Positions 16,825-26,725 of a DNA stretch of 38,908 nt are shown piece after piece; positions within the stretch are counted from its first letter, which is position 1; every line of letters begins with the position of its first letter. Below the pieces are notes generated by a model that was given only the letters and a program-made list of their open reading frames with translations, did no database searches and was not told the origin of the DNA. Origin of the DNA: Thermoproteota archaeon. Its GTDB lineage: Archaea; Asgardarchaeota; Jordiarchaeia; Jordiarchaeales; Freyrarchaeaceae. The stretch lies in the NCBI GenBank assembly GCA_029258835.1, contig JAPDJY010000084.1:1-38908 (forward strand), read 5' to 3'. The translations under genes and the position numbers were made by a program.

Positions 16825-19018
16825 AAAAGAAACGATAAAGGTCGCGTTGATAGGAAATCCAAACGTCGGAAAAACCCTCCTGTTCAACGACCTTACCGGT
16901 GGCAGGGCTCACGTGGGTAACTGGCCTGGGAAAACCGTTGAGAAAAAAGAAGGAAAATACACTTTCAGAGGAGTAAAGGTAGAACTTGTTGACCTTCCAG
17001 GAACTTATAGTTTGACAGCCCACTCCGTTGACGAGTTAATTGCAAGGGAATTCATCGTAAACGAGAAACCCGACGTTGTAATAGACATAGTCGATGCATC
17101 CAACCTTGAGAGAAACCTTTACCTGACCATGCAATTGCTAGAGCTGGGAGCAAACGTCGTTATAGCACTTAACAAGTTTGACTTAGCGGAGGGATTAGGC
17201 TACCAGATAGACGTTAAAGCCTTAGCGTCTTCCCTCGGCGTCCGAGTAGTTCCAACGGTTGCAACAACCAAGAAGGGAGTGGAAGAGCTTAAGCAGGCAG
17301 TAATTGAAGCTGCTAGAAAGAAACCATCCAAATACGAAGTAAGCTACGGCAGGGCGTTAGACTCTGTTATATCGAAAGTGGAGGAGGTCATTGTTAAAGA
17401 TCCGACGCTTTCACGTTTCCCGTCACGATGGCTTGCCGTGAAAGCGCTAGAGAAGGATGAAGAAGTTCTCAAGCTGATCAGGGCGAGTCCGCATGCAAAT
17501 GAAATAGAAAAAGTTGTAGCGGAGGCTAGCGAAAAATTAGGTGATGACCCTGAAGTGGTGCTTGCAGAGAAAAGATACGAGATCATAGGTTCAATACTCT
17601 CTAAGGCATTAGAGAGGGAGGAAAAGCCCGTTACGTTTTCAGACCTCATAGACAGGGTTCTTCTTAACAAGTATCTTGGCATACCAATCTTCGCAGTAAT
17701 ACTATGGGCTATGTTCACCTTTACATTTGAAGTTTCAGCTCCGCTATCAGACCTGATAGACTTAGCTATAAGCTGGCTTGGAGGGGTTGTTAACGAAGCA
17801 CTCACCCACGCAGACACCATTTCAAACATGTTCTTTATAGCCACGGGAGCGGAAATAAACGATTTTCTAGCCAACTTGGTTGCTGGGTGGCTGCCTAGCC
17901 TCCCTGAATGGAGCAGTAATTTCGCCTCCTCGCTTATCGCAGACTGGATGTACACCAACCTCTTTCAGAGTGAACTATCATCCCTGATAACCGACGGCGT
18001 AATAAGCGGGGTTGGAGCAGTACTAGTGTTCATACCTCCAATCTTCTTCCTATTCTTCGCCCTCTCAATCCTAGAGGACAGCGGCTACCTTGCGAGGGCA
18101 GCGTTTGTAGTCGATAGGATACTGTACAAGGCCGGTCTTCACGGGAAATCGTTCATACCACTCCTACTGGGCTTCGGATGCAACATTCCAGGGGTGATGG
18201 CCACTAGAAGCATAGACAGCGAGGAAGATCGAATCCTAACAATTCTCGTCAACCCCCTCATGTCATGCAATGCCCGTCTCCCAGTGTATGTTCTAGTGGC
18301 TGGAGCAGTGCTGGGAGCCTACGCCACCTTCGGCGTCTTCTCCATGTACGTGCTTGGAATGGTGCTTGCAGCCTCCATGGCCTTACTCTTCAGGAGGACG
18401 ATTCCATACTTTAAGAAGAAGCCATCCCACTTCATCATGGAGCTTCCCACGTACGCGTTGCCAACTGCCAGAAACACGTTGACGCACATGTGGGAGAGAG
18501 GCTACGTGTTCGTAAGAAAGGCTGGAACGATCATAGTAGCCGGAGTAGTGGCCGTCTGGTACCTTTCAACCCACCCCTGGGGGCTCCCGATATACTGGAG
18601 CCACGTTGCAACTATAGGATATACCCTGGAGCCCATCTTCCGCCCCTTAGGGTTTAACTGGATGAGCATTGTAGCACTGGTGTTCGGCTTCGTAGCCAAG
18701 GAAATGGTTGTAGGAACATTCGGCGTGCTGCTGGGATGCGAGGAGGAAATGTTGGGTACGTTGTTGGCGTCTTATGTCTTCACTCCTGTGACAGGGTTAG
18801 CCTTCATGGCCTTCACGTTAATCTACATACCATGCTTAGCGACGATCGGCATCATATACAGGGAAACAGCATCATGGAAGTGGACTGCCTTCACTGTTGT
18901 TTACGGAATAATACTAGCATACTTGGTTGCACTACTAATAGTAAGCGTTGGCCACCTCCTCGGAGTCGAGTCAGTTTACATCTTAAACTCCCTATTACGG
19001 CAGATCGCTGCAACCTAA
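16790..19018 (+). CDS. feoB: Ferrous iron transporter FeoB
   Basis: G motifs GNPNVGKT, GNWPGKTV, DLPG, NKFD; LEDSGYLAR, GFGCN, MSCNARLP, YIPCLAT. Confidence 0.97.
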   Translation: MKGVTVKVLVSEKETIKVALIGNPNVGKTLLFNDLTGGRAHVGNWPGKTVEKKEGKYTFRGVKVELVDLPGTYSLTAHSVDELIAREFIVNEKPDVVIDIVDASNLERNLYLTMQLLELGANVVIALNKFDLAEGLGYQIDVKALASSLGVRVVPTVATTKKGVEELKQAVIEAARKKPSKYEVSYGRALDSVISKVEEVIVKDPTLSRFPSRWLAVKALEKDEEVLKLIRASPHANEIEKVVAEASEKLGDDPEVVLAEKRYEIIGSILSKALEREEKPVTFSDLIDRVLLNKYLGIPIFAVILWAMFTFTFEVSAPLSDLIDLAISWLGGVVNEALTHADTISNMFFIATGAEINDFLANLVAGWLPSLPEWSSNFASSLIADWMYTNLFQSELSSLITDGVISGVGAVLVFIPPIFFLFFALSILEDSGYLARAAFVVDRILYKAGLHGKSFIPLLLGFGCNIPGVMATRSIDSEEDRILTILVNPLMSCNARLPVYVLVAGAVLGAYATFGVFSMYVLGMVLAASMALLFRRTIPYFKKKPSHFIMELPTYALPTARNTLTHMWERGYVFVRKAGTIIVAGVVAVWYLSTHPWGLPIYWSHVATIGYTLEPIFRPLGFNWMSIVALVFGFVAKEMVVGTFGVLLGCEEEMLGTLLASYVFTPVTGLAFMAFTLIYIPCLATIGIIYRETASWKWTAFTVVYGIILAYLVALLIVSVGHLLGVESVYILNSLLRQIAAT

Positions 19019-19056
19019 ACTGTAGGCGAAGTGTGTGGAGCGTGTGAGGTGGGAAA

Positions 19057-19716
19057 ATGGGTGAAGTAAAGGTAAAGCATGTGCGTGAAGCATACGTTAA
19101 GTCGTTAGCAGTATACTCTGTTTCCCTAGGGTTACTGTACCTTCTAGTCGGCATCCTCGAGTTTGGCAAGTGGGCTGCCACGGTCACCTCCGGTATAGGC
19201 GAACTCTCCTGGTACATTTGGGCTTTAAACGGCTCGCCTCTTGGTGCTATCTGGCTTCCATCGGATGCCATTGGAGGATTCGCCATGGCCGTCATCGGCT
19301 CAGTATACCTTGGAGGCTTCCCTATTTGGAGGCTCAAATACGACTCGCTTGGCTTCCCCATCGTAGGCTTTATGTTGTCTGCACTCTACGGAGTACTCTA
19401 CCTTCTCATCTTGATCTCAAGGTCCCTCGGTAACATCATACCTTACATTGAATTCACATCTGAATACCTCTCTTTGAACTTTCTAATACGCTTGCTCACA
19501 GGCAACCAGTTTGAGGAACTATATGCAGCTGTAAGTGGCCTATTAATAGAAAACATAGCATGGCAATGGACTTGGACTGCCAGCATGCTGAGGCCTGAAA
19601 TATGGCTCTTCATAGTAGCCCTCCCCCTCGGAGCATTGGCATGGAGAACATTTAAGTCCATTCAAGCAGCCCCTCAAATAGTTAAATACGGAAGGCCATC
19701 GCGCAGTCAGCAATAA
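19057..19716 (+). CDS. Hypothetical membrane protein downstream of feoB
   Basis: About four hydrophobic segments, GAGGTG RBS, 38 bp after feoB. Confidence 0.7.
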   Translation: MGEVKVKHVREAYVKSLAVYSVSLGLLYLLVGILEFGKWAATVTSGIGELSWYIWALNGSPLGAIWLPSDAIGGFAMAVIGSVYLGGFPIWRLKYDSLGFPIVGFMLSALYGVLYLLILISRSLGNIIPYIEFTSEYLSLNFLIRLLTGNQFEELYAAVSGLLIENIAWQWTWTASMLRPEIWLFIVALPLGALAWRTFKSIQAAPQIVKYGRPSRSQQ

Positions 19717-19922
19717 GTGAAGGACGCAGGGACACATGCTAACAACCACAAAAAGAAAAACCCTTCCACCTTTTTTTAAATCATAAAAGTGTCTAGAGCT
19801 TGGAACTGCACGAGAAACTTCACTTAATAAGGAAGCCATGTTGTTCTCTTCGGTGCCTACCCTCTTGAAGGAAACCTTTCACTTAAGTTAAGCGTTTTCC
19901 CCTTCCCCTTTCCTTAAACATT

Positions 19923-21113
19923 TCACTTAGTTTCACTCATTTTTCCAAGTTCAGCTTGAATTTCTTGGAGTTTTTCGAGTATGAGCTTTCCATACTTTTC
20001 AAACACTTTAAATCTCGTGACCAACCTCTCAGATATAAATCTTAAAAAGCTACTTTCAAGCACATCAGCCACCCTGAAAAGGATCACACTTCTTTCAACC
20101 ATTCTTGAAGCCTTCAACCATGCGTCTTCAAGCTCTGACAATGCCTGATTAATTGCAAACGCCACGTCTTGCACGTTTAACTCTCTTGGAATCACTTTCT
20201 CAGGGTCGACTTCGTCTACTATAGCTTTCTTAAATGTTTCTTCACCGACATCAAAACTGTTCCCAATCATGGATAAGAAAGCAACCAGGTAATTGAATGC
20301 CGACTTGTGCACGTCTCTCCAGTCTCTTATCAGAGACTCGACTTCCCAGTAAACTTTCCCAATAAGTTCGTCAGCCTCCTCCTCTCCATTTACCAGCTCC
20401 GCTATCCTAGAGGTAAAACAGTGAGTTACCTCTTCCATCCCCTTTACGAGCGGAAAAAGGATTTTAAGGATCCTCTTAAGGCTGTTAACGGCTTCCTCAA
20501 CCCCACCAGCCTCTGCTTTTTCAGTAAGACTCTTAACCTCCTCCTCAACCTTTCTCCAGTAGTTAACTTGCTTCTCTAAGCACGGCATGATCTTGGTGGG
20601 AAGTTTAGCGTCTAAGCTTTCTGCCGCTATTCGAAGCTCCTCTAGTGGGGCATAATTGAAGAATCCGTCGGTTAACGGTATAAGGACGTCCATCGTAGAG
20701 CGCACCTGGTACTTTAAAAAGAACTCGTCAAGTATGTCCACCTTTTCATCATCAAGCTCTACATCACCTCTAAGAAGACTCCAATACGCGTGTTTAAGTC
20801 CAATGGATGAAAGCAAGTCCATAATAAGCCCTCTAAGGGTAAAGTTAATTGAAACATATTTTTTAAAAAAGTTTATCAGAAAAAACGCCTTAATCTGACA
20901 GTCGGTAACCCTCTTTATTAGATTTTCTTGCATAAATTTTTCATATATTTTTCCCTTTTCCTCCTTAAAATTTTCAGAAAGAACATACATTTCTTTCGAA
21001 AAATCAACACTTAACTTGTATAATTCCACAATTTTATTTCTAATAGCATCCATTTTTCTCGACTCCTTCACCACGTTTACCAGAAAAACAAAACTAATTA
21101 TTTTTTCTCTCAA
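19923..21113 (-). CDS. Hypothetical alpha-helical protein (start uncertain, possibly MDAIRNK)
   Basis: Long ORF with amphipathic helical pattern and no recognised motif. Confidence 0.65.
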   Translation of the reverse strand: MREKIISFVFLVNVVKESRKMDAIRNKIVELYKLSVDFSKEMYVLSENFKEEKGKIYEKFMQENLIKRVTDCQIKAFFLINFFKKYVSINFTLRGLIMDLLSSIGLKHAYWSLLRGDVELDDEKVDILDEFFLKYQVRSTMDVLIPLTDGFFNYAPLEELRIAAESLDAKLPTKIMPCLEKQVNYWRKVEEEVKSLTEKAEAGGVEEAVNSLKRILKILFPLVKGMEEVTHCFTSRIAELVNGEEEADELIGKVYWEVESLIRDWRDVHKSAFNYLVAFLSMIGNSFDVGEETFKKAIVDEVDPEKVIPRELNVQDVAFAINQALSELEDAWLKASRMVERSVILFRVADVLESSFLRFISERLVTRFKVFEKYGKLILEKLQEIQAELGKMSETK

Positions 21114-21264
21114 AACAATCCCAAGATAAAAAACACTACCACCTGAAAAAGGAACCTTTATAATTTATTTGACTTTGCCAGAAAAGCAAGAGATAATTGA
21201 AGAATTAAAAACCAACCTACTTAAGGCTACTAAAGGCTTGTTAAAGACCTTATTCTCCATCTGG

Positions 21265-22131
21265 TTACTTCCCTAAGGTTTCTATTCCGAATCCACCTAC
21301 CGTTTCAGGCGTTTCTACAGGCCTATACCATTTTTTCATCGTTCCGAGCTTAGCCCTAGCCCTCCACTTAGCGCTTTTTTTCTCCTTCTCGATATATTCC
21401 ATTAATACATCGATCTTCTCGTTTACGTCTTTCAGGTCCCCTCCTTTAACCCCTAAGCTTGGAGCCAGCTCCCTCAGCTTCTTCAGGTTCGTTGTGACGG
21501 TATACCAGAACCCCCAGTCCTTTGAGAGGAGGGAAGCAATGTACTTCGCATTGACGCATTCCTCGTCGCCTTCCCCAACGTCATGCCCTCTTATCAGGAC
21601 GCATGCGTCCTTCAAGTCCTTCTCTGATATGAAGACGATCTGCATCTTCTCTAAGAGCAGGTCGGAGACGCTTATAGTCGGGTAGTCGACTTCAAGCCTC
21701 TCTCTAAAATCTATGTCGTGGTTCATCCTTAAAACGTCGAAGAACACGTCAACGTGGAACCACCCCTTGCCGTGATAGTAAATTTGCCTTTCAGAGGCAG
21801 CCGACGATAGAGTCGTCACCCTTTTAACGTAGCCAAGAGACTCGAAGAATCCTGGCATAAGCTTGCGCTGCCTACGGTAAGCCATGAAGTCTAGGTCGGT
21901 GAACTCTTGCCCCTTACCCGTCATGCGTCCAATTTTCTTAGCGAAGTCGGAGATATTCTCGGTATGAATTCTTATCGCAACCCCTCCCATAAGCCGCATT
22001 ACAATGTTCCTCTTCGAAGCCTCCTCAACCAGCCTCCTACCCTCGCTAAGAAAAACCTCGCTTGGGACGATGCCTCCCCACTCCTCAGGCATCTCAACCA
22101 CTATTTCCCTTCTCCTATCCAGCCAAACCAA
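21265..22131 (-). CDS. Nucleotidyltransferase-fold protein of unknown function
   Basis: MRLMGGVAIRIH...TDLDF...HVDVF...DLLLEK...KDLKD: GG/DxD/D pattern of the Pol-beta NTase superfamily. Confidence 0.7.
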   Translation of the reverse strand: MVWLDRRREIVVEMPEEWGGIVPSEVFLSEGRRLVEEASKRNIVMRLMGGVAIRIHTENISDFAKKIGRMTGKGQEFTDLDFMAYRRQRKLMPGFFESLGYVKRVTTLSSAASERQIYYHGKGWFHVDVFFDVLRMNHDIDFRERLEVDYPTISVSDLLLEKMQIVFISEKDLKDACVLIRGHDVGEGDEECVNAKYIASLLSKDWGFWYTVTTNLKKLRELAPSLGVKGGDLKDVNEKIDVLMEYIEKEKKSAKWRARAKLGTMKKWYRPVETPETVGGFGIETLGK

Positions 22132-22349
22132 ACAACCACCTCCACCTAGAAGATAAAGTTACGCTTCACACTCTAAAAATCTTCCCTACTATGGCCTTAG
22201 AAGTAGGTTAAAGGTTTTGCTTGTCCCGCGGGAAGCGATCACACCATCAAACCGAAGTTTTGAAGGGGGTTCGGGAAGGACTTACCACAGGAAACTAGCA
22301 TAAAAATGTAAGGGGGTTAAAGCTTGTGGACACGCGTTTAGCAGCCTCG

Positions 22350-23112
22350 TTAGTCGAAGCCTTCAAGGAATGCTTTGACGTTCCTTCCAAGAACCTTATG
22401 GTTGTAGCCTCCCTCCAGCACCGCAAACCTTCTCCCCTTACATTTCTCCTCCGAAAAATCCTTTAGGAAAACGCCTATCTCCATGTAGTCCTCCGTGGTT
22501 AATAGTCCCCCCCCAGTCGTCTACGTGCCTGTCGAACCCCGCCGACACCGCTAGAATGTCGAATCCTCCGCTGAGCGAGTTAAGCGTCCTTTCCATGTTA
22601 CCCCAGTAATCTTCCCTGCTAGCCCCCTCTGGGTGGACATACTTGACCTCGCTTCTCCCGTGAAAAGCGTTCGCCGTCCCGTCCCCGTAGTGGAGGTCGA
22701 AGTCTACTATCAAGGCTGACTCGATCCTTCCCTGCCTTATGAGCCTCTCAATGGCTATGGCTATGTTATTGAAGTAGCAGAATCCCCAGCTGGAGTCAGG
22801 GCTGGCATGGTGTCCTGGAGGTCTTATCAGCCCGAACGCGCTCTCCCCGTTCATCGCTATTTCAGACGCCGTTATTGCTCCGCCAACCGCGAGCAAGGCC
22901 ACCTCGAAAAGGACGCTGTCCCTTTTAACGTATTCCACGTGGCCTTCATGGTGGATCAGCCTCACGTCCTCCTCACTTGCAGGCTTCGCCTCCACGAAGT
23001 CGAAGACTCCTTTCAACTCGTCACGTATCGCCTCGATCCTCCCGGGGGCGGATGCAGGGTCACCCGAGTAAACGGTCGTGTACTTCTCATGGTAGACAAC
23101 CTTCATGGCCAC
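22350..23112 (-). CDS. Histone deacetylase/AcuC-family deacetylase, +1 frameshift in a G8 run (22507-22514)
   Basis: RPPGHHA, GFCYFNN, DFDLHYGDGT, SAGFD. Removing one G gives WGGLLTTEDY...AVLEGGYNHKVLGRNVKAFLEGFD-stop (22350). Confidence 0.9.
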
Positions 23113-23193
23113 TCCTCCATCAACCTCATTAAAATTTTAATAGTAGCAGATATTACCTTTTTCCAAGCTTGGAGGCTTCTAAGGGTGGTAGCG

Positions 23194-23883
23194 GTGCGCT
23201 TCATAGAAGTCGAATGGGATAGGAGGGTGGCGACCTCCCACCCTGAACTCGTAATAGTGGCCGCGAGGTTCGTCGACGTGCATGCGGAAGTAAACTTTGA
23301 AGTGGTTGAGAGGCTTGAAGCCTCAGCCTTCCAGGAGATAAGGTCAAAGTACACCCTTGAGGGCCTGAAGAACGACCCAGCAGTCAGGGCTTACAGGGAT
23401 TTTTACTGGCGTCTCTCCATAGACCCAACCAAGCAGAGGCCTGCAGCCGAGGCCCTCATACGAAGAGTGCTAAATGGACGTAAACCGTGGCGGATAAACA
23501 CCTTCGTAAACTCGTACAACTTGGCCTCCGCCTTGACGGGCGTAACCTTGGGGGCGTACGACCTGGACAGGGTTAAAGGAAAAATCAGGATCCGCTTCGC
23601 CAGCCCAGGGGAACCCTTCCAAGGGATAGGTATGCACGAGCCTAAACCCCTTACTGGAAAGGAAATAGTTGTCACTGACGATGAAGGGGTAATAGCGATA
23701 TACCCATACAGGGACGCTGAAAGAACAAAGGTCACAGGATCAAGCAGAACAGTCCTCCTGATAGCATACGGCGTCCCAAAACTCCCCAAAGAAAAACTAG
23801 AGGAAGCAGTAAAGCTGACGGATGAAATAGTGAAGAAGGCCTCTGCCGGGCGGCTTGAAAGCTACTTCACGTCACGCCCCTAA
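23194..23883 (+). CDS. Stand-alone B3/B4 (PheT-like editing domain) protein
   Basis: VRAYRDFYWRLSIDPTKQRPAAEALIRR, INTFVNSYNLAS, GAYDLD, YPYRDAERT. Start taken at GTG 23194 after GGGTGG. Confidence 0.9.
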   Translation: MRFIEVEWDRRVATSHPELVIVAARFVDVHAEVNFEVVERLEASAFQEIRSKYTLEGLKNDPAVRAYRDFYWRLSIDPTKQRPAAEALIRRVLNGRKPWRINTFVNSYNLASALTGVTLGAYDLDRVKGKIRIRFASPGEPFQGIGMHEPKPLTGKEIVVTDDEGVIAIYPYRDAERTKVTGSSRTVLLIAYGVPKLPKEKLEEAVKLTDEIVKKASAGRLESYFTSRP

Positions 23884-23894
23884 CCTCTCACCCC

Positions 23895-25736
23895 CTAACC
23901 TCTCACCCTAACCAAACACTTCCTCCACCCAAAAACATCCCTAAAACGTAACTTTACATTTCTCCCTCCCCTAACCTCTCTAACCCTCAGCTTAACCACC
24001 TCGCCCCCCTTCACTCCCCTCAGGGAGAGCTCCACCCCTCCCTGTGGCTCCTCGAAGAAGACGCCAACCTCGAAGCATGGCCCGCCACGGTTAAACAAGA
24101 CGGCCTCACCACTCTCTCCCCTCCTTACACCTATGATGGGGACGAGCCCTGCCGCGGATTCGACCATCTCAGCGAACTCCTCCATCCCCCCCTCCTCTAG
24201 CACGCCCACAACCCCCTTAAGTATCTCGGACGTCAGCCTACTTGCAGCATCTACGAGCCCTCCCCTGGCAAGCGTGGAGGCTGCTTCAAGCAGGAGGCGT
24301 GTGGCTGAAGCACGGTCACCAGCCTTTCCGGCGAGGAGTGGCAGCACACACGCCATGCGTTCAGCATCATCCGTCCTTCCAAACTCTGTTAAAGCCTTAA
24401 TGGTGAATGTTAGGAGGGCTAGCCCATCCTCCACCCTTTGAAGAGACCCTGCAGCTCTAAGGGCAACCCAAGGAATGCTTGAAGAGGCTATCCTCCGTGA
24501 AAGCTTCCCTATCACCTCTCGTCCTCCACCCGGCATTTCTCCGATGATCCTCACCGCCTCGTCGAAGCACCTCAATGCCTCCTCCACCTTCCCTACGCGA
24601 GACCACGTGGCGCCAGCATCCATCATCAAAAACAGCCTTCTCTCTTTCCTCATCCCCCTAACTTCATTGCAGGCCTGTTCCAGCAGCTTTTCAGCCTCCC
24701 CTACCCTACCTATCATAACGAAAACGTCTGCAATCTTTACGAGCTCCACCCCCCTTGCAGCCCCGGAAGCCCTCCTTATCGTTTCCTCCGCTTCTTTCAC
24801 CATGCCCGCTTTGGCCTGGACGGCGGCCAGCCTAACCGCTAACTGAGTGTACACCGGGCTACCAGCAAGCCTCTCAACTTCTCTAGCCGCCTCAAGAATG
24901 ACTTCACGGTTCAAGCTTACCTCCGCCCCTCTTAACATGAAAAAGGCTTTGCCGTACCCTTCAAGTCCTTCAGCCAGCCTGACCGCCTCTACCCCTGCCT
25001 TTTCAGCGGCCTCCTCAAGGTAGTGGAGGGACGTGACCCCGAGACTATTGGATAGTGCCAGCGCCTCGGGAAGCATTTCCGCCTCAACCATGACGGACAT
25101 AACCTTTAGAAGCGCCATTCTACGTGAAAACTCGTGGTAGAGGCTCCTAGCAATCCTTTCAGCCTCCCTAATCATCCCTCTTGCCTCATCCATCATGCCC
25201 ACTTTGGCGAGGATGCGTCCAGCCTCTAGAAGCAAGCCGACCTTAGCCTCCTCGTCGAGAACCCCCCTAATACCCTCCTCCATCACCTTAAGCACATTCT
25301 TGGGAACGGGCTTCCCTTCCTCCATCAGGGCGGCTGCCACCCCTAAAGCGGCTTGGCATCGCAGGTAATCGTCCTCCACCGCTGCGACGCTTAACCCCTC
25401 CTCCACCCCCTCAGTAATCGTTTTCGAGTACGCCAACTTTAAAGCTAGGCTTTCACCTCCCCCATGTTCATCTACCTTTCCCGCAAAATAGCTTAGAACG
25501 CTTCTGGCTTCGTCCGTGAACCCCCTCCACCCCAAGACCTCAGCGACGCTTAGGCCTGCGCAAACACTTACCAGTCCATCCTCCACCCTATCCAACATGC
25601 TTAAAGCCTTCTCAACCTGACCGTAAGCGGCGAAAACCCTCGCTAAAACAGCTAGCACCCTATCCTTCAGGTTAGGGCTAGTGACCTCGCCCACCCTACC
25701 TGCAAGCTCCTCGAAAAAATCACCCAACAGGTTCAC
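23895..25736 (-). CDS. TPR-like alpha-solenoid repeat protein with short C-terminal beta domain
   Basis: Recurrent roughly 35-40 aa helical repeats (AKVGMMDEARGMIREA, AKAGMVKEAEETIRRA, SRVGKVEEALRCFDEA); last about 70 aa beta-rich. Confidence 0.75.
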   Translation of the reverse strand: MNLLGDFFEELAGRVGEVTSPNLKDRVLAVLARVFAAYGQVEKALSMLDRVEDGLVSVCAGLSVAEVLGWRGFTDEARSVLSYFAGKVDEHGGGESLALKLAYSKTITEGVEEGLSVAAVEDDYLRCQAALGVAAALMEEGKPVPKNVLKVMEEGIRGVLDEEAKVGLLLEAGRILAKVGMMDEARGMIREAERIARSLYHEFSRRMALLKVMSVMVEAEMLPEALALSNSLGVTSLHYLEEAAEKAGVEAVRLAEGLEGYGKAFFMLRGAEVSLNREVILEAAREVERLAGSPVYTQLAVRLAAVQAKAGMVKEAEETIRRASGAARGVELVKIADVFVMIGRVGEAEKLLEQACNEVRGMRKERRLFLMMDAGATWSRVGKVEEALRCFDEAVRIIGEMPGGGREVIGKLSRRIASSSIPWVALRAAGSLQRVEDGLALLTFTIKALTEFGRTDDAERMACVLPLLAGKAGDRASATRLLLEAASTLARGGLVDAASRLTSEILKGVVGVLEEGGMEEFAEMVESAAGLVPIIGVRRGESGEAVLFNRGGPCFEVGVFFEEPQGGVELSLRGVKGGEVVKLRVREVRGGRNVKLRFRDVFGWRKCLVRVRG

Positions 25737-25746
25737 CCAGAATGTT

Positions 25747-26613
25747 TCATGACTGTTCAGGGACGAGTATCCTGAGGTTCCTAAGTATCCTGTAGTTCGC
25801 CACGAAGGACGCCTTCCGCTCTAAGCTCGCCTTCAGCAGGGCCTCCTCCACGGTAGCCCCCCTCAACAGTTCCACAAGGATGGGCTTCAACCTTTCCTTT
25901 ACATCCTCGGGGAACGCCTCTAGGGGTGCCATGAGAACCCTCATCCGCCTCCACCTATCCGAGACGATCCTAGAGGCGTCCATGGCCGCAGCTAGAACCT
26001 TAACGTCGCTTAACACGGCGAGGGTTAAATGGTGGAATAGGCGGTCTTCCGCGGCGTCGACGCCTTCAAACCCGTTAAGAAACTTGGAAATGTACTCTAA
26101 GTATTCTCCCTGCCAGTCCGCCTCCCTTGCAACCACAAGCCTATTTCCTCCAAAGCCTAAAGCCCAGACTTCAACGTCATCGAACCTGAAGATCGCCCCT
26201 CCCCTCTCAACGTTAGATATCACGTTGGTTGCGGGGATGTTCATCCTCCAGTACGAGTCGCAATAGCGTTTCTTATCGTAGTTCAAGAAGATAACGTTGT
26301 TTTTCGCCTCCTCAACCGGAGCCACACTCACCCTAGTCCACTCCTCGGCGAGCGCTGCTGCTTGCGCCTCCTGAATCGGGTGGGCGTAGCTCGCCCTAGC
26401 AGCCATGTACCTGTCAACATAGACTATTAAGATATGGTCCCCATGGTTAAATGAGAGGGGGGCGACTCCAACTCGACTTACGGTCTCTTCGAACGCTTCA
26501 AGCCTCTCCCCTTCAAGCTCGACTTCATGCTTTAAAGTTCTCTTACAAATAGGGCACTCCGCTAGGAATGCAACCTTAACAACTTCAGACTGCCTTGAGC
26601 CCAATAATTGCAT
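25747..26613 (-). CDS. Hypothetical protein with N-terminal CxxC...HxxH putative zinc domain and possible C-terminal winged helix
   Basis: ECPICK...GVAPLSFNHGDHILIVYVDRYMAAR; C-terminal GATVEEAL...YRILRNLRIL. Confidence 0.65.
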   Translation of the reverse strand: MQLLGSRQSEVVKVAFLAECPICKRTLKHEVELEGERLEAFEETVSRVGVAPLSFNHGDHILIVYVDRYMAARASYAHPIQEAQAAALAEEWTRVSVAPVEEAKNNVIFLNYDKKRYCDSYWRMNIPATNVISNVERGGAIFRFDDVEVWALGFGGNRLVVAREADWQGEYLEYISKFLNGFEGVDAAEDRLFHHLTLAVLSDVKVLAAAMDASRIVSDRWRRMRVLMAPLEAFPEDVKERLKPILVELLRGATVEEALLKASLERKASFVANYRILRNLRILVPEQS

Positions 26614-26725
26614 CCCCCAACGACGGCGTCAGATCACTTTTTTGTGGATTCGCTCAAAAAAGTTTTTGGGTGGTAAAATCGTGAGCAATCCTCTAGGGGA
26701 TGAAGGTGGAAGGACGGTGTGAACA

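Noticed and set aside
22807-23193. Apparent long N-terminal extension of the B3/4 protein
   Set aside because: It is the antisense of the HDAC gene; an RBS and GTG start lie at 23194.
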